This document shows positions 30,595 through 39,968 of a stretch of 64,000 bases of DNA, piece after piece. This DNA is from Candidatus Saccharimonadota bacterium. GTDB taxonomy: Bacteria; Patescibacteriota; Saccharimonadia; Saccharimonadales; JACOTW01. The notes beneath the pieces are model-generated. The model saw only the letters and a list, made by a program, of their open reading frames with translations. It searched no databases and was not told where the DNA came from. Both the position numbers and the translations under genes were made by a program. Every line of letters begins with the position of its first letter. Within the stretch, counting starts at the first letter, position 1. Location of the stretch: assembly GCA_016178135.1 (NCBI GenBank), contig JACOTW010000012.1, forward strand, positions 1,064 through 65,063, written 5' to 3'.

Positions 30595-31137
30595 TTATAC
30601 CCGTTTAACCTGCAAGCTGTCCAGTTCTACTGGAGTTTCGCGGCCGAACATGTTGACCAAGACCTTTAGCTTACCTTTTGTTGCATCAACTTCACTTATA
30701 GTACCGTCAAAACTTTTAAACGGTCCATCTGTAATACTCACAACCTCGCCAATATTAAAATCGATCTTGTGTTTGGGTTCTTCGCGACCCATACGCTTCA
30801 TAATCTTATCCATTTCATCAGTGCTAATTGGCGTTGGTTCTGATCCAGAGCCAACAAAACCAGTTACTGATGGCGTATTGCGCACAATGTACCAAGCGTC
30901 TTCACTCATTTTCATTTGAACCATTACATATCCTTGGAAAATGCGCTTTTCTACAACTTTGCGTTTACCATTTTTAACTTCTATCATTTTTTCTTTTGGC
31001 ACTAGAATTTGAAAAATTTTGTCTTTCATGTCCAGCGAATCAGTGCGCTGGCGAATAGATTCGGCGACCTTTTCTTCGTAGCCACTATATGTGTGAATGG
31101 CATACCATTGTTTTGCTATGTCGTAGCGATTTGTCAT
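30595..31137 (-). CDS. nusG: Transcription factor NusG
   Basis: WYAIHTYSGYE, TPSVTGFVG, FGRETPVEL; start MTNRYD. Confidence 0.97.
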   Translation of the reverse strand: MTNRYDIAKQWYAIHTYSGYEEKVAESIRQRTDSLDMKDKIFQILVPKEKMIEVKNGKRKVVEKRIFQGYVMVQMKMSEDAWYIVRNTPSVTGFVGSGSEPTPISTDEMDKIMKRMGREEPKHKIDFNIGEVVSITDGPFKSFDGTISEVDATKGKLKVLVNMFGRETPVELDSLQVKRV

Positions 31138-31153
31138 TAAAAAACTCCTTTTA

Positions 31154-31285
31154 TCGGATTTATGCAAAAATCTATCATTACCAGATTGAATAACTTCGAC
31201 CGCAAACAGTTTTTTTGCTTTAGATACATTTCCTTCAGATAAAACTGTTTTCGCTCGAGCTGATTAGATATGGAAAAGAGGTTGT
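31154..31285. mobile_element. Degenerate family A copy between secE and nusG
   Basis: GCAAACAGTTTT..CCTTCAGATAAAACTGTTTTCGCTCGAGCTGATT core. Confidence 0.7.
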
Positions 31286-31288
31286 AGC

Positions 31289-31711
31289 TCATTTTAATAG
31301 AATACCCCTAAATACTTTATCTAATCCGTAATCTGTAACGGCAACCGCTAAACCAAACACGATTGCAAAAATGAATACGGCAAAAGTTAGTCTGATAGTT
31401 TCCCTGCGTGTTGGCCAGGTAACCTGTATTAACTCTTTCCAGCTATTACGGAGATAGCCTAGTAGTAAAATACTTGACAATATCCGACCAATTGCTCGCG
31501 CTGGACGTGTCTTAAAAGGACGCAATAAAAATCTTAAGGGGCGTAGAATAGTAATCAAACCGATCCAGATAGTCCCAAAAGGCCTAATTGCTATCTTGGC
31601 AATTTTTGGCGCACGTCGGGATTTAAGAGGCTTATTGGCATCTTTTTTGGTTCGCTCACGAACAGTTTCAGGCTTGCGAACGCGACGTTTCTTTGTTGCC
31701 CCATTAGTCAC
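31289..31711 (-). CDS. secE: Preprotein translocase SecE
   Basis: EL..VTWP.R.E plus TM; upstream of nusG. Confidence 0.9.
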   Translation of the reverse strand: MTNGATKKRRVRKPETVRERTKKDANKPLKSRRAPKIAKIAIRPFGTIWIGLITILRPLRFLLRPFKTRPARAIGRILSSILLLGYLRNSWKELIQVTWPTRRETIRLTFAVFIFAIVFGLAVAVTDYGLDKVFRGILLK

Positions 31712-31807
31712 TTTTTATACTCCCAAATTAAAACGCCTATCATATAGACAGGCGCGAACATGTCAATAGTAGCACAACTTATAATATCTGCCAACAACAA
31801 CGGCTTA

Positions 31808-32911
31808 TTATTGAAGATTAGGAACTACGATTGTGAATGTTGACCCTTTGTTTAGCTCGCTTTCCATGGATATTTCAGCATGTAACAACATGGCAAGCTT
31901 AGCGGTTATATAAAGTCCAAGTCCCGTGCCATTATTCTGTCTTGTGCGATAGTCTTCGCTCCGAAAAAATTTATCAAAAATTCTCTCCTGATCTGATTTA
32001 CCAATACCAATGCCAGTGTCTATTACGAAAAATTCGACGCCATCCATGTTAGGTTTTGCGCCAATCGTGATACTGCCCTTTTCAGTATATTTAATAGCGT
32101 TTGTTATGAAATTCTGTAAAATTTCATGTAAATATAACGGGCTGGATTGTAGGGCTTCCAGTGTTGGATCGATGTCGGTTTGAATACTAAGCCCCTTGCT
32201 GGCTGTTTCTGCTGCGTAATTTTGTGCCAAATCTAATAAAAAGTTATGCACATTGATCATTTCAATATCAACCGTTAATTTGCCACGTTCCGCGCGTGAT
32301 AGTGTTGCGAGATCATTGATCATGCTACTTAAGAAATTTATCTGGTCATGGGCTTGAGCCAGTGCTTTATTGATTCTTTCGGGTGCATCGGTCTTAGATG
32401 CAACGAGCCTGGCATTGCTAATATTACCTTCGGCAATAGCTATCGGCGTGCGCAACTCATGACTTATTACACTTATAAACTCATCACGTTCTTCTTCTAA
32501 TGATTTTTCATGGGTGATGTCGCGTAGCAATAGTACGTAGCCCTTAGTACCAAGTTTACCGAAACCAAGCTTGACAGGGGCGATACTAGTGTAAAGATTA
32601 ACTGTACTTTCATCAGGATACTTGAGTCGCCATTCTCTTGATGCTTCGCTTGTCTTTATTCTTAAGATACGCGACTGTAGATCAACGGGTTGATTATTCT
32701 TGTCAATGACACTTAGGACATTTCTAAGGTATTTACCGGTCATTGAGCTGTTTACGTCCAGAATATTTAAAGCGGCTCCGTTATAAAGAACAATCTTAGC
32801 GTTTTCATCAATAGCAATGACGCCATCGGCCATACTGTTTATCAATGAAATGAGACGTTCTCTTTCTAGATTGGCATTGTTAGCTTGGATCTTATGGGTT
32901 TCTGCTGGCAT
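31808..32911 (-). CDS. PAS-domain sensor histidine kinase
   Basis: SHELRTP, NAIKYT, DTGIGI, GTGLGL. Confidence 0.9.
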   Translation of the reverse strand: MPAETHKIQANNANLERERLISLINSMADGVIAIDENAKIVLYNGAALNILDVNSSMTGKYLRNVLSVIDKNNQPVDLQSRILRIKTSEASREWRLKYPDESTVNLYTSIAPVKLGFGKLGTKGYVLLLRDITHEKSLEEERDEFISVISHELRTPIAIAEGNISNARLVASKTDAPERINKALAQAHDQINFLSSMINDLATLSRAERGKLTVDIEMINVHNFLLDLAQNYAAETASKGLSIQTDIDPTLEALQSSPLYLHEILQNFITNAIKYTEKGSITIGAKPNMDGVEFFVIDTGIGIGKSDQERIFDKFFRSEDYRTRQNNGTGLGLYITAKLAMLLHAEISMESELNKGSTFTIVVPNLQ

Positions 32912-32915
32912 ATAT

Positions 32916-33638
32916 TTAATTGTACACGAGTTTCGTATGAGCAAAATGAGGTTGTTTAGATCGTATAACGCGTCGTGCGTCAGCTACGTTTGGCAAGTAT
33001 AGAGCAAGTTCTGACCAAAATGGTTCACCGTGGCGCATGACTTTGGTATGAACAAGTTCATGGAGCAAAACGTAATCAATTAATTCCCAGGGAAGCTGCA
33101 TTAAAAAACAATTAAGAGTGATCTCTTTTTGCTGATTACAGCTTCCCCAGCGGCTAGCCAGCCGTTTTATTTGAACGTTGCGATACGAAAATCCATGCCT
33201 AGAAGCGTGTTCCGCGAGGCGACTGGGGAGTAACTTTTGGGCCTCGACTGTTAGAGCTTTGATCGCAACGCGTTCGGCGGCTTTTTGAACTTTTTGGCTT
33301 TCTATAGCAATTGACCTAGGGTAAATAACTCTTGCCTCATTGCCGACCAGCCTGGTTGTTATCCGTTGGCCAGCAACGGATGGTATAAAAATAAGGCTGT
33401 GAGCTTTACCGATTCGCATATTAGAGCTTAAAAGAGTACTACTGTTTGTCTGGTGTTTTAGTATCCAGTCTTGTTTGGATCGAGCAAATTCAATACCGGC
33501 CTTATACGGCAACCATTTAGGCATTGTTACCCTGATGCCACCGACAGCACTCAAGCTAATACGCAGATTACTACTCCCTCGTCGTTTGTACAGTTTAATA
33601 ATGCCGATCTCTGGCAAATCAAATTCTTTTACTGACAT
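32916..33638 (-). CDS. YgjP/DUF45-like zinc metallopeptidase
   Basis: SRWGSC, YVLLHELVH...H...FW; start MSVKEF because the ORF extension is repeat-derived. Confidence 0.85.
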   Translation of the reverse strand: MSVKEFDLPEIGIIKLYKRRGSSNLRISLSAVGGIRVTMPKWLPYKAGIEFARSKQDWILKHQTNSSTLLSSNMRIGKAHSLIFIPSVAGQRITTRLVGNEARVIYPRSIAIESQKVQKAAERVAIKALTVEAQKLLPSRLAEHASRHGFSYRNVQIKRLASRWGSCNQQKEITLNCFLMQLPWELIDYVLLHELVHTKVMRHGEPFWSELALYLPNVADARRVIRSKQPHFAHTKLVYN

Positions 33639-33650
33639 GTTTTTATTATA

Positions 33651-33890
33651 CTGGGCCTGTCGCAAAATCCCTCGTTCCCAGGACGAATCAGCTCGAGCGA
33701 AAACAGTTTTGTCTGAAGGAGAGGTACCCAGGAGGTATAGTCCCCGCAAAACAAATTCGTGGGTTTTTGAAGCAATGATCTTTGAGCCAAAAACTGACTT
33801 TTCCGAGAGAGACATATCCTTAGATACGTTGAACGAGGAAAGGCGGTTTTGGGCCAAAGAGGGTGATTCGAAATTTTGCGACAGGCCCAG
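33651..33890. mobile_element. Chimeric element: family A termini enclosing a truncated family B copy (33736-33873)
   Basis: Perfect TIR CTGGGCCTGTCGCAAAAT/ATTTTGCGACAGGCCCAG; TATA on both flanks. Confidence 0.85.
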
Positions 33891-33978
33891 TATAGGACCT
33901 TCGTACTTTGTCGCCAATTCCAGAGTAATCCTGCAGCCCTCTAGGATTGGTCTGGGGTGATGAAAAAGTAGGAAAAAC

Positions 33979-34641
33979 CTATCTTATTACTATGTTGCGG
34001 CGTGAGTTGTTGACTCGACCAGCCATTGGGTTGGGGATAAGATTGACCAGACCAGGCTTGGCACGTCCGATGTTTGCGGTTGCAGTATCAATTAGACCTA
34101 GATCGTATAATTTTTTCATTATGGCTGATCGTTGCGTTGTGAAATTATGTTTGCCACTGACAACAATACATTCCTCTGTAGCATTAGGGTTCTGCATGGC
34201 GTTGGCTATTTGCTCAAAACTGGTGCGATCGAGGGGCATAGCGTAGCGGTCATCTATTTTTCGGCGATCTCGTTTTGCTACGCGCGTAAAGGCACTTTCT
34301 AGGTCAATTTGCAACCAAACCAACAGGGGGTGAGCTTTTGTCTTGCGGGCCATGTCTCGTAGTAATCGTCTTTGACTGAAACGCAGAGCGTTGACATCAA
34401 ACACGACGCTAATTCCAGCATTTAAAAATTCTTCTGTCATGTATTCCATTAGATGGGTTACTATATTGTTTTCTTGGCGATCAAGACGAGGCTTTTCGAA
34501 TAATTCATTACGAATCCTGTCGCCGTTTACGTGTGCGGCGTTAATCTCATCACAAAGTTGACGCGCAAAGTAGGATTTACCCGACCCCGGATAACCGTAA
34601 AGCAATATCAGGGCTGGACGTGTGAGACTTAATTTACTCAT
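33979..34641 (-). CDS. AAA_33-type P-loop kinase
   Basis: GYPGSGKS; start MSKLS. Confidence 0.75.
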   Translation of the reverse strand: MSKLSLTRPALILLYGYPGSGKSYFARQLCDEINAAHVNGDRIRNELFEKPRLDRQENNIVTHLMEYMTEEFLNAGISVVFDVNALRFSQRRLLRDMARKTKAHPLLVWLQIDLESAFTRVAKRDRRKIDDRYAMPLDRTSFEQIANAMQNPNATEECIVVSGKHNFTTQRSAIMKKLYDLGLIDTATANIGRAKPGLVNLIPNPMAGRVNNSRRNIVIR

Positions 34642-34701
34642 TCCTATTAAATTATAACAATTAGACAAAATTTGCAAAGTTTTGTTTCGGGTGATTATAG
34701 A

Positions 34702-34861
34702 CTGGACCTGTCGCAAAATCCCTCGTTCCCAGGGCGAATCAGCTCGAGCGAAAACAGTTTTATCCGAAGGAGAGGTACCAGGGAGGTACATCGAGAGAGG
34801 AAAAACTGTTTGCAGCCGAGATTAGTCGGTCTGGGGATGAGGGATTTTGCGACAGGTCCAG
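34702..34861. mobile_element. Family A MITE, 160-bp subfamily, reverse orientation
   Basis: Perfect TIRs; TAGA on both flanks. Confidence 0.9.
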
Positions 34862-34882
34862 TAGAATACAACCGAACCGCGT

Positions 34883-35404
34883 CTATTTACGAAATCTACT
34901 TATATAATCTAAGGCGACGAAGCGTGTCATAGCTACTACCCCTTTTGCAAAATCAGTAATTGATTCCCTCATGCTTGTTACTGCAAACGGTATATCTTCG
35001 TCAGGCGATGGTTCTTCTTTGTAATCATAGTAATCATAAAAGTCATTCGAATCACGAATATTTTCTCCAGCATCAGCGATATAACTTTCTTGTATAGCCC
35101 AAGCTTTTTGGTCAAGGTGGTCCGCCGTTATGTCTAATAACACATCCACCGGACTTAGTACCGAGCCAATAAACGTTGCGCAGGCAAAACGTAGATTGGT
35201 ATTTAGATCACTTCGGTGGTCGCTCCTATCTAGGCGTGTGATAGAACACGTAATTGTCGGGACTATTTGAGGTAAAAAATTTGCTAACTTAAGATACCGA
35301 CCATGTTTGTAAAAATCTCCTAAGGTACTGGCTAATTCCAAATCAACAAACGTAGTGAAACCGTCATTCTTACCGGAGTATTCTGCTGAAGAACCATGGG
35401 TCAT
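34883..35404 (-). CDS. Hypothetical protein
   Basis: ORF, no motif; start uncertain. Confidence 0.45.
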   Translation of the reverse strand: MTHGSSAEYSGKNDGFTTFVDLELASTLGDFYKHGRYLKLANFLPQIVPTITCSITRLDRSDHRSDLNTNLRFACATFIGSVLSPVDVLLDITADHLDQKAWAIQESYIADAGENIRDSNDFYDYYDYKEEPSPDEDIPFAVTSMRESITDFAKGVVAMTRFVALDYISRFRK

Positions 35405-35462
35405 AAGCCTATTATAACACATTATGCAGTGAATCGGTTTTGTTCAGATTAAACCACGACCT

Positions 35463-36152
35463 GTGAGCAGTTATAGCCCCCGCAAAACAAATTCGTGGGT
35501 TTTTGAAGCAATGATCTTTGAGTCAAAAACTGACTTTTCCGAGAGAGACATATCCTTAGATACGTTGAACGAGGAAAGGCGGTTTTGGGCCAAAGAGGGT
35601 GATTCGAAAAGAGCTTATTATCTAACACAGTTTGACGCGCTGGAAGCTCTAGACAACGGTGTTGGTAATTGTTTTTCGAAAGCTATGGTTGCATGTGGAA
35701 TAATAGTATTAAAATATGCGGTTGAGCCGTCAATAGTTTATAAAAAGTCGATACATGGCTCTAAAGATACTGCGATTGATAAGCCTACGGACTCAAAAAC
35801 AGGCAAAAAAATCGCGCATGTGGTTGTAGCCGTACCCGGTTCAAATCCAACTACAGATAAATCTATTCCGGGCTTGAATTTTGGAGTAGCAGTTTCCCAA
35901 GGAGTTAAATTTACCCAAACAGATGCAGGTGAAATACTACAGGATTATAATGAACCCGGAGAATTTGTACGTGTTAATGAAACGGGCACAGTGATTGCTA
36001 CTGAAATTGCTACTGAACGGGGTATGTTTGGTGATAGGTGGCGGGATATTGCTCCAGATTATTTACAAGCTTTGGACAGACCTGACCTGGACATAGATCT
36101 CTTAATTGGTAAGCTCAAAGAATCATACCCAGATGATCAAGTTGCGGCATAG
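35463..36152 (+). CDS. Hypothetical protein whose first ~49 codons are mostly family-B-derived
   Basis: GTG start, then YSPRKTNS...; G.GNC and H motifs are weakly transglutaminase-like. Confidence 0.45.
   Translation: MSSYSPRKTNSWVFEAMIFESKTDFSERDISLDTLNEERRFWAKEGDSKRAYYLTQFDALEALDNGVGNCFSKAMVACGIIVLKYAVEPSIVYKKSIHGSKDTAIDKPTDSKTGKKIAHVVVAVPGSNPTTDKSIPGLNFGVAVSQGVKFTQTDAGEILQDYNEPGEFVRVNETGTVIATEIATERGMFGDRWRDIAPDYLQALDRPDLDIDLLIGKLKESYPDDQVAA
35472..35610. mobile_element. Truncated family B copy
   Basis: Left TIR intact; ends after GATTCGAAA like the 33736 copy. Confidence 0.85.
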
Positions 36153-36229
36153 AAATATTTGAAACGGGTCATTATTAGCCAGAAATAAGCAAGTAATTTA
36201 GCCACATTTGTGGTAATTTAATCCAATTT

Positions 36230-36306
36230 TGGCAGGGGTGGAGGGATTCGAACCCGCGGCCTTTGGTTTTGGAGACCAACGCTCTAACCAACTGAGCTAC
36301 ACCCCT
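36230..36306 (-). tRNA. tRNA-Trp(CCA)
   Basis: Anticodon arm TTGGT-CTCCAAA-ACCAA; CCA end. Confidence 0.95.
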
Positions 36307-36377
36307 GTATGAATCCTTACGAACAGAGTAATCATACCGAAATTACGCTATTTTGTCATCAGCTATTTTGTGTGTAT

Positions 36378-36584
36378 CTAGTGTTTACGCGGTTTTACTT
36401 CGTTGCGACCTAATGATTTTTTGGTTTCGACGTATAAGACATGTTTGCGCAGTACGGGATCATATTTGCGAAGAGATAATTTATCTGGCGTATTCATGGT
36501 ATTTTTGGTCGTGTAATAATGTCGGCCTCCACTAGCTTCGGATACCATACCTATGATTTTTCGTTTGTCGCCTTTTTTTGCCAT
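36378..36584 (-). CDS. rpmG: 50S ribosomal protein L33 (Cys-free)
   Basis: YYTTKN....KL.LRKYDP..RKHV. Confidence 0.95.
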   Translation of the reverse strand: MAKKGDKRKIIGMVSEASGGRHYYTTKNTMNTPDKLSLRKYDPVLRKHVLYVETKKSLGRNEVKPRKH

Positions 36585-36628
36585 AACTCAAAAAGTTTAA
36601 CAGATTAGAATAGAATATGCAATATCTA

Positions 36629-36785
36629 TTGGTCTTACGTAAAATCTCTTGTCTCCAGGGTGAATCGGCTCGAGCGAAAACGGTTTTATCCGAAGGAGAC
36701 GTACCCGAGCACATCGATAGTCGATAGAACTGTTTGTAGTCGAGATTAGTCGGTATAGGAATAAGGGAGTTCTAGCTAAGTTCAG
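36629..36785. mobile_element. Degenerate family A copy
   Basis: GCTCGAGCGAAAACGGTTTTATCCGAAGGAGA core; eroded TIRs. Confidence 0.8.
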
Positions 36786-36788
36786 GTT

Positions 36789-36863
36789 TGGAGCCGTTGA
36801 CGAGAGTTGAACTCGTGACCCCCTCCTTACCATGGAGGTGCTCTACCACTGAGCTACAACGGC
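36789..36863 (-). tRNA. tRNA-Thr(GGT)
   Basis: Anticodon arm CCTCC-ATGGTAA-GGAGG; CCA end. Confidence 0.95.
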
Positions 36864-36928
36864 AAATTTAACCTGATAATAGTAGCAAATTTACTTCGTT
36901 TTTGCTACACTTTAGAACTGTTACGAGT

Positions 36929-37004
36929 GCCACCTTAGCTCAGTGGCTAGAGCAACACTTTTGTAAAGTGAAGGTCGTCGGTTCGAATCCGACAGGTGGC
37001 TCCA
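36929..37004 (+). tRNA. tRNA-Thr(TGT)
   Basis: Anticodon arm CACT-TTTGTAA-AGTG; CCA end. Confidence 0.95.
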
Positions 37005-37013
37005 GTTTTAAAC

Positions 37014-37099
37014 GCAGGGTTAGTGAAGCGGTCAAACACGGCAGACTGTAAATCTGCTGGCTTATGCCTTCGTAGGTTCGAATCCTACACCCTGCACCA
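37014..37099 (+). tRNA. tRNA-Tyr(GTA)
   Basis: GCAGA-CTGTAAA-TCTGC, long variable arm, CCA end. Confidence 0.95.
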
Positions 37100-37163
37100 A
37101 AGCCCTTATGCTGGCCTTGTCTATAAACTTGAGTTATACTAAAATTACATAAAGGAGTAAAAC

Positions 37164-37538
37164 ATGGCTCGCATCAATGAAGTACTACCAATAGTTGTCG
37201 ACCCAAATCATGAACGATTTGGACATATAGGTGAAATGGTTTTCTCAGGTGCTTCTGGTGACGGGACCTGCATCATTAAGTTTGAAGATGGAGAAGAAGC
37301 TCATCTTAATGATGGTTGGCTAACAGGTGTACCGCAGTTTGTAGCACCATTACGAACTGAAGAAGCTGGAGTTCGTCGACTTAAAGACGCATTACCAGAG
37401 ATGCAAAAAGCTCTTAGAGAGCTAGCCGACAAAGTAACTGAGCCGAGAAAGCAACCCCCAGCCGAGGAGACACTTACTACACGTGCAGGTTTCGTTGCCC
37501 TAATTAATAAAGTGCTTTTTGAGACAACAACCAAATAA
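37164..37538 (+). CDS. Hypothetical protein (first gene after tRNA-Tyr)
   Basis: AAGGAG RBS; 124 aa. Confidence 0.65.
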   Translation: MARINEVLPIVVDPNHERFGHIGEMVFSGASGDGTCIIKFEDGEEAHLNDGWLTGVPQFVAPLRTEEAGVRRLKDALPEMQKALRELADKVTEPRKQPPAEETLTTRAGFVALINKVLFETTTK

Positions 37539-37567
37539 TCCAGGGAGTTTTTTGTTATACTCAGTGT

Positions 37568-38103
37568 ATGGAGAAACCTAAACTACTGCTCATAAAAACT
37601 GGCGGAACGATCGATGGTTGCGTACCTGAATATATATAGAGATTGAGCAAATTGCTAATCTTTTCAATGATTCAGTTAACTTCAGCAAACACATTACTCA
37701 AAGCTTTAAAGCTGCCGTTCAGTTTTCAGAATTCGAAGTCTGCAAGAAGGATAGTCGTAGTATAACTGATAGCGACCGAAGAATTATAAGTGAGGTCATT
37801 GGGCGTGAATTTCAGCAAGGCACTAAGAAGTTTCTGATTACACACGGTACATTTACAATGTCTGAGACAGGTGAATTTCTCATAAACAATCTGCCTAAGG
37901 ATGTTCTGGCTAGTTCCACCATCATATTAACTGGCGCAATGTATCCATGGAACGTTTATGGGTCTGACGCCCCAATGAACTTGGGAGCGTCTATATCCCA
38001 ATTAATTTCCGAGCATGTCAGTGGTGTTTGGATCTGTATGCACGGAAAGTTATTTGACCCACGAAAAGTTAATAAAGATGCTGAAAAGCGTATATTTGAG
38101 TAG
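37568..38103 (+). pseudogene. Asparaginase N-domain protein, frameshifted in an AT repeat
   Basis: TGGTID, then a shift at 37630-37638 into the frame with KDS, THGTFTM, LTGAM.P. Confidence 0.8.
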
Positions 38104-38113
38104 ATCGAGCAAG

Positions 38114-38166
38114 CGCAAAAAGTAAAGTTCTGACCTCAGACATGACCCTGCACCAAAGCATAAGCA
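38114..38166 (+). repeat. Cassette-junction repeat R1 containing the tRNA-Tyr 3' end
   Basis: ACCCTGCACCAAAGC (38145-38159) identical to 37089-37103. Confidence 0.85.
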
Positions 38167-38205
38167 CTATAGACTGTGCTTATTTTTTTGGCTACAATGT
38201 TGCAC

Positions 38206-39072
38206 ATGAATAAAAAACAACATGGTTTCAGTATCGTTGAATTGTTAATTATATTAGTCGTACTGGGAGCCATAGGGCTTGTAGGGTGGAAGGTTTTCTA
38301 TAGTTCCAGTAGCAATAACATTAACTCTAACACTGGCTCGCAGTCACAGGCTGCAAAAACAGGATCGGGAGAGGAGTCACAAGGCTCGATCTGGCAACAA
38401 ACTGCCACAGGTTGGGAAGCGATCAAAAAAGCACCAGATTGTCCAACTCAGCCAATGCTTAAAGCTCCAGCAGACATTAGTAAAGTCACGGCGATCTTGT
38501 ATCCAGGACAAACAAGAGGTGGTAACTACAAGCCACACGGTGGTTTTCGTTTCGATACTGCCAATGACAATATGGTTACAGTAACGGCTCCACTGGAAGG
38601 CTACATCGTGAAGGGCACACGTTATATTGCTGATGGAGAGAATGAAGTCCAGTATGGTTTTGATATTATGAACAATTGTGGAATTATGTATCGCGTTGGT
38701 CACCTGCGTGAATTACCTGGTAATTTACAGAAAATAGCTGATACATTTCCTGCCCCGAGTTCAAGTTCTATGAACACGAACGTAAACCCCGCAGTATTCA
38801 TAAAACAGGGCGAAGTGTTAGCTACCAAAGTAGGAATAATTTCGGCTCATAATACATTTTTTGACTGGGGTGTCTACGACTACCGCAAAGCAAATGAGGC
38901 CAGTAAGTCGGCAGCTTATCAATCGGCACACGCTGAGGACAAAGAGCTGGCATGGCATGCAGTATGTTGGTTACAAGATGGCTGGTTACCGAACACAGAC
39001 CAGACCAAACTGGTCGCCTTACCTGCAGGCGACCCAACAAGTGGCAAAAAAAGTGACTACTGTAAGCAGTAA
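38206..39072 (+). CDS. Prepilin-type N-terminal cleavage/methylation protein with a possible M23-like domain
   Basis: KKQHG|FSIVELLIILVV; HGGF, VTAP..G.IV, HL. Confidence 0.7.
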   Translation: MNKKQHGFSIVELLIILVVLGAIGLVGWKVFYSSSSNNINSNTGSQSQAAKTGSGEESQGSIWQQTATGWEAIKKAPDCPTQPMLKAPADISKVTAILYPGQTRGGNYKPHGGFRFDTANDNMVTVTAPLEGYIVKGTRYIADGENEVQYGFDIMNNCGIMYRVGHLRELPGNLQKIADTFPAPSSSSMNTNVNPAVFIKQGEVLATKVGIISAHNTFFDWGVYDYRKANEASKSAAYQSAHAEDKELAWHAVCWLQDGWLPNTDQTKLVALPAGDPTSGKKSDYCKQ

Positions 39073-39115
39073 AAAGTTCGGACCTCAGCAATGATGCTGC
39101 ACCAAGGCATAAGCA
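39073..39115 (+). repeat. Cassette-junction repeat R2
   Basis: 37/43 identical to R1 (38124-38166). Confidence 0.85.
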
Positions 39116-39134
39116 ATGTAATATAAAGGACATC

Positions 39135-39236
39135 ATGGACACAATTATCGTAATTCTGCTTGGTATCATTGTTCTTCAGCTTGGCTTGATTAGAATACGA
39201 ATCGACAAAGTTAACGATCATTCACGCAAAAAGTAA
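39135..39236 (+). CDS. 33-aa single-TM small protein
   Basis: AAGGA RBS; MDTIIVILLGIIVLQLGLIRIRIDKVNDHSRKK. Confidence 0.55.
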   Translation: MDTIIVILLGIIVLQLGLIRIRIDKVNDHSRKK

Positions 39237-39277
39237 AGTTCTGGTTTTTACCATAATACTCCGTCTAGTCATAAGTA
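39225..39277 (+). repeat. Cassette-junction repeat R3 (core decayed)
   Basis: CGCAAAAAGTAAAGTTCTG identical to R1; CATAAG at the same 26-nt spacing. Confidence 0.7.
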
Positions 39278-39301
39278 TTTCACAATGTTACGATTGGTGT
39301 C

Positions 39302-39520
39302 ATGAAGTTAATAAAATATGTGTGGCTTGGCAGCATATTAGCTGGAATACTGTTATTTATCGATGATATAGCTGGGACCGATGTAGAAAATGGCGAAGGG
39401 TTGGTCGTAGCCAACAAAGGACTCCTAACAGGTATATACAGCTGGAGATTATTGGCATTAACAGGGATGGTTTTTTTAATAACTTCTTTATTGTTAGTTC
39501 TTAGGATGAGACGCAAATAG
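39302..39520 (+). CDS. Small two-TM protein
   Basis: 72 aa, two hydrophobic segments. Confidence 0.6.
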   Translation: MKLIKYVWLGSILAGILLFIDDIAGTDVENGEGLVVANKGLLTGIYSWRLLALTGMVFLITSLLLVLRMRRK

Positions 39521-39559
39521 TTCTATCGGCGTCGATCACGCTGTACCAAAACATAAGTA
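39512..39559 (+). repeat. Cassette-junction repeat R4
   Basis: GTTCTA-N26 (containing CTGTACCAAA)-CATAAGTA. Confidence 0.75.
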
Positions 39560-39587
39560 CTATCAATCTTTATGTTATTGTTAAGAT

Positions 39588-39827
39588 ATGAAAAAATTTA
39601 TTAGTTTTGCCGTCATTATAATCATATTTATTGCAGTTGGAGTTTACATATGGCAAAGAGATAAAAAAGACCCGCGAACTCAAGACGAAGCCACCAAACA
39701 GGCACAAGAATACAAGCCAGAAGGAACATGCACTCAAGCGTTGGTTTCAGCAGTCCATAAGGCAACAGGTGCAAAATATACATTTAATAGTGGCTGTCTT
39801 GCGCCCGGCTGGGAGCCAGAACGATAA
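39588..39827 (+). CDS. Small membrane-anchored protein
   Basis: N-terminal TM; CTQA...F.SGCL..GW. Confidence 0.65.
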   Translation: MKKFISFAVIIIIFIAVGVYIWQRDKKDPRTQDEATKQAQEYKPEGTCTQALVSAVHKATGAKYTFNSGCLAPGWEPER

Positions 39828-39901
39828 GGAATAAATTTCTGGGTTCTAGAGGACTGTCCTCTAACAGATAGTAAGGAGTTGGTTTCAGAAGGCCGTCCTC
39901 T

Positions 39902-39932
39902 AGATTCTGACCTCACCCAAGATGCGGCACCA
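39902..39932 (+). repeat. Cassette-junction repeat R5
   Basis: ATTCTGACCTCACCCAAGATGCGGCACCA aligns with R1 and R2. Confidence 0.7.
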
Positions 39933-39968
39933 TTTGACAGTATGTAATTCTAGCTGCAATATGAATGG

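Noticed and set aside
39546..39581. Xer dif/pdif-like site (CATAA...TTATGTTA) after R4, and the ATAAGCAC/GTGCTTAT inverted repeat after R1
   Set aside because: The central spacers are 13-16 nt rather than 6-8 nt and are inconsistent among repeats; at most a hint of recombinase binding arms.
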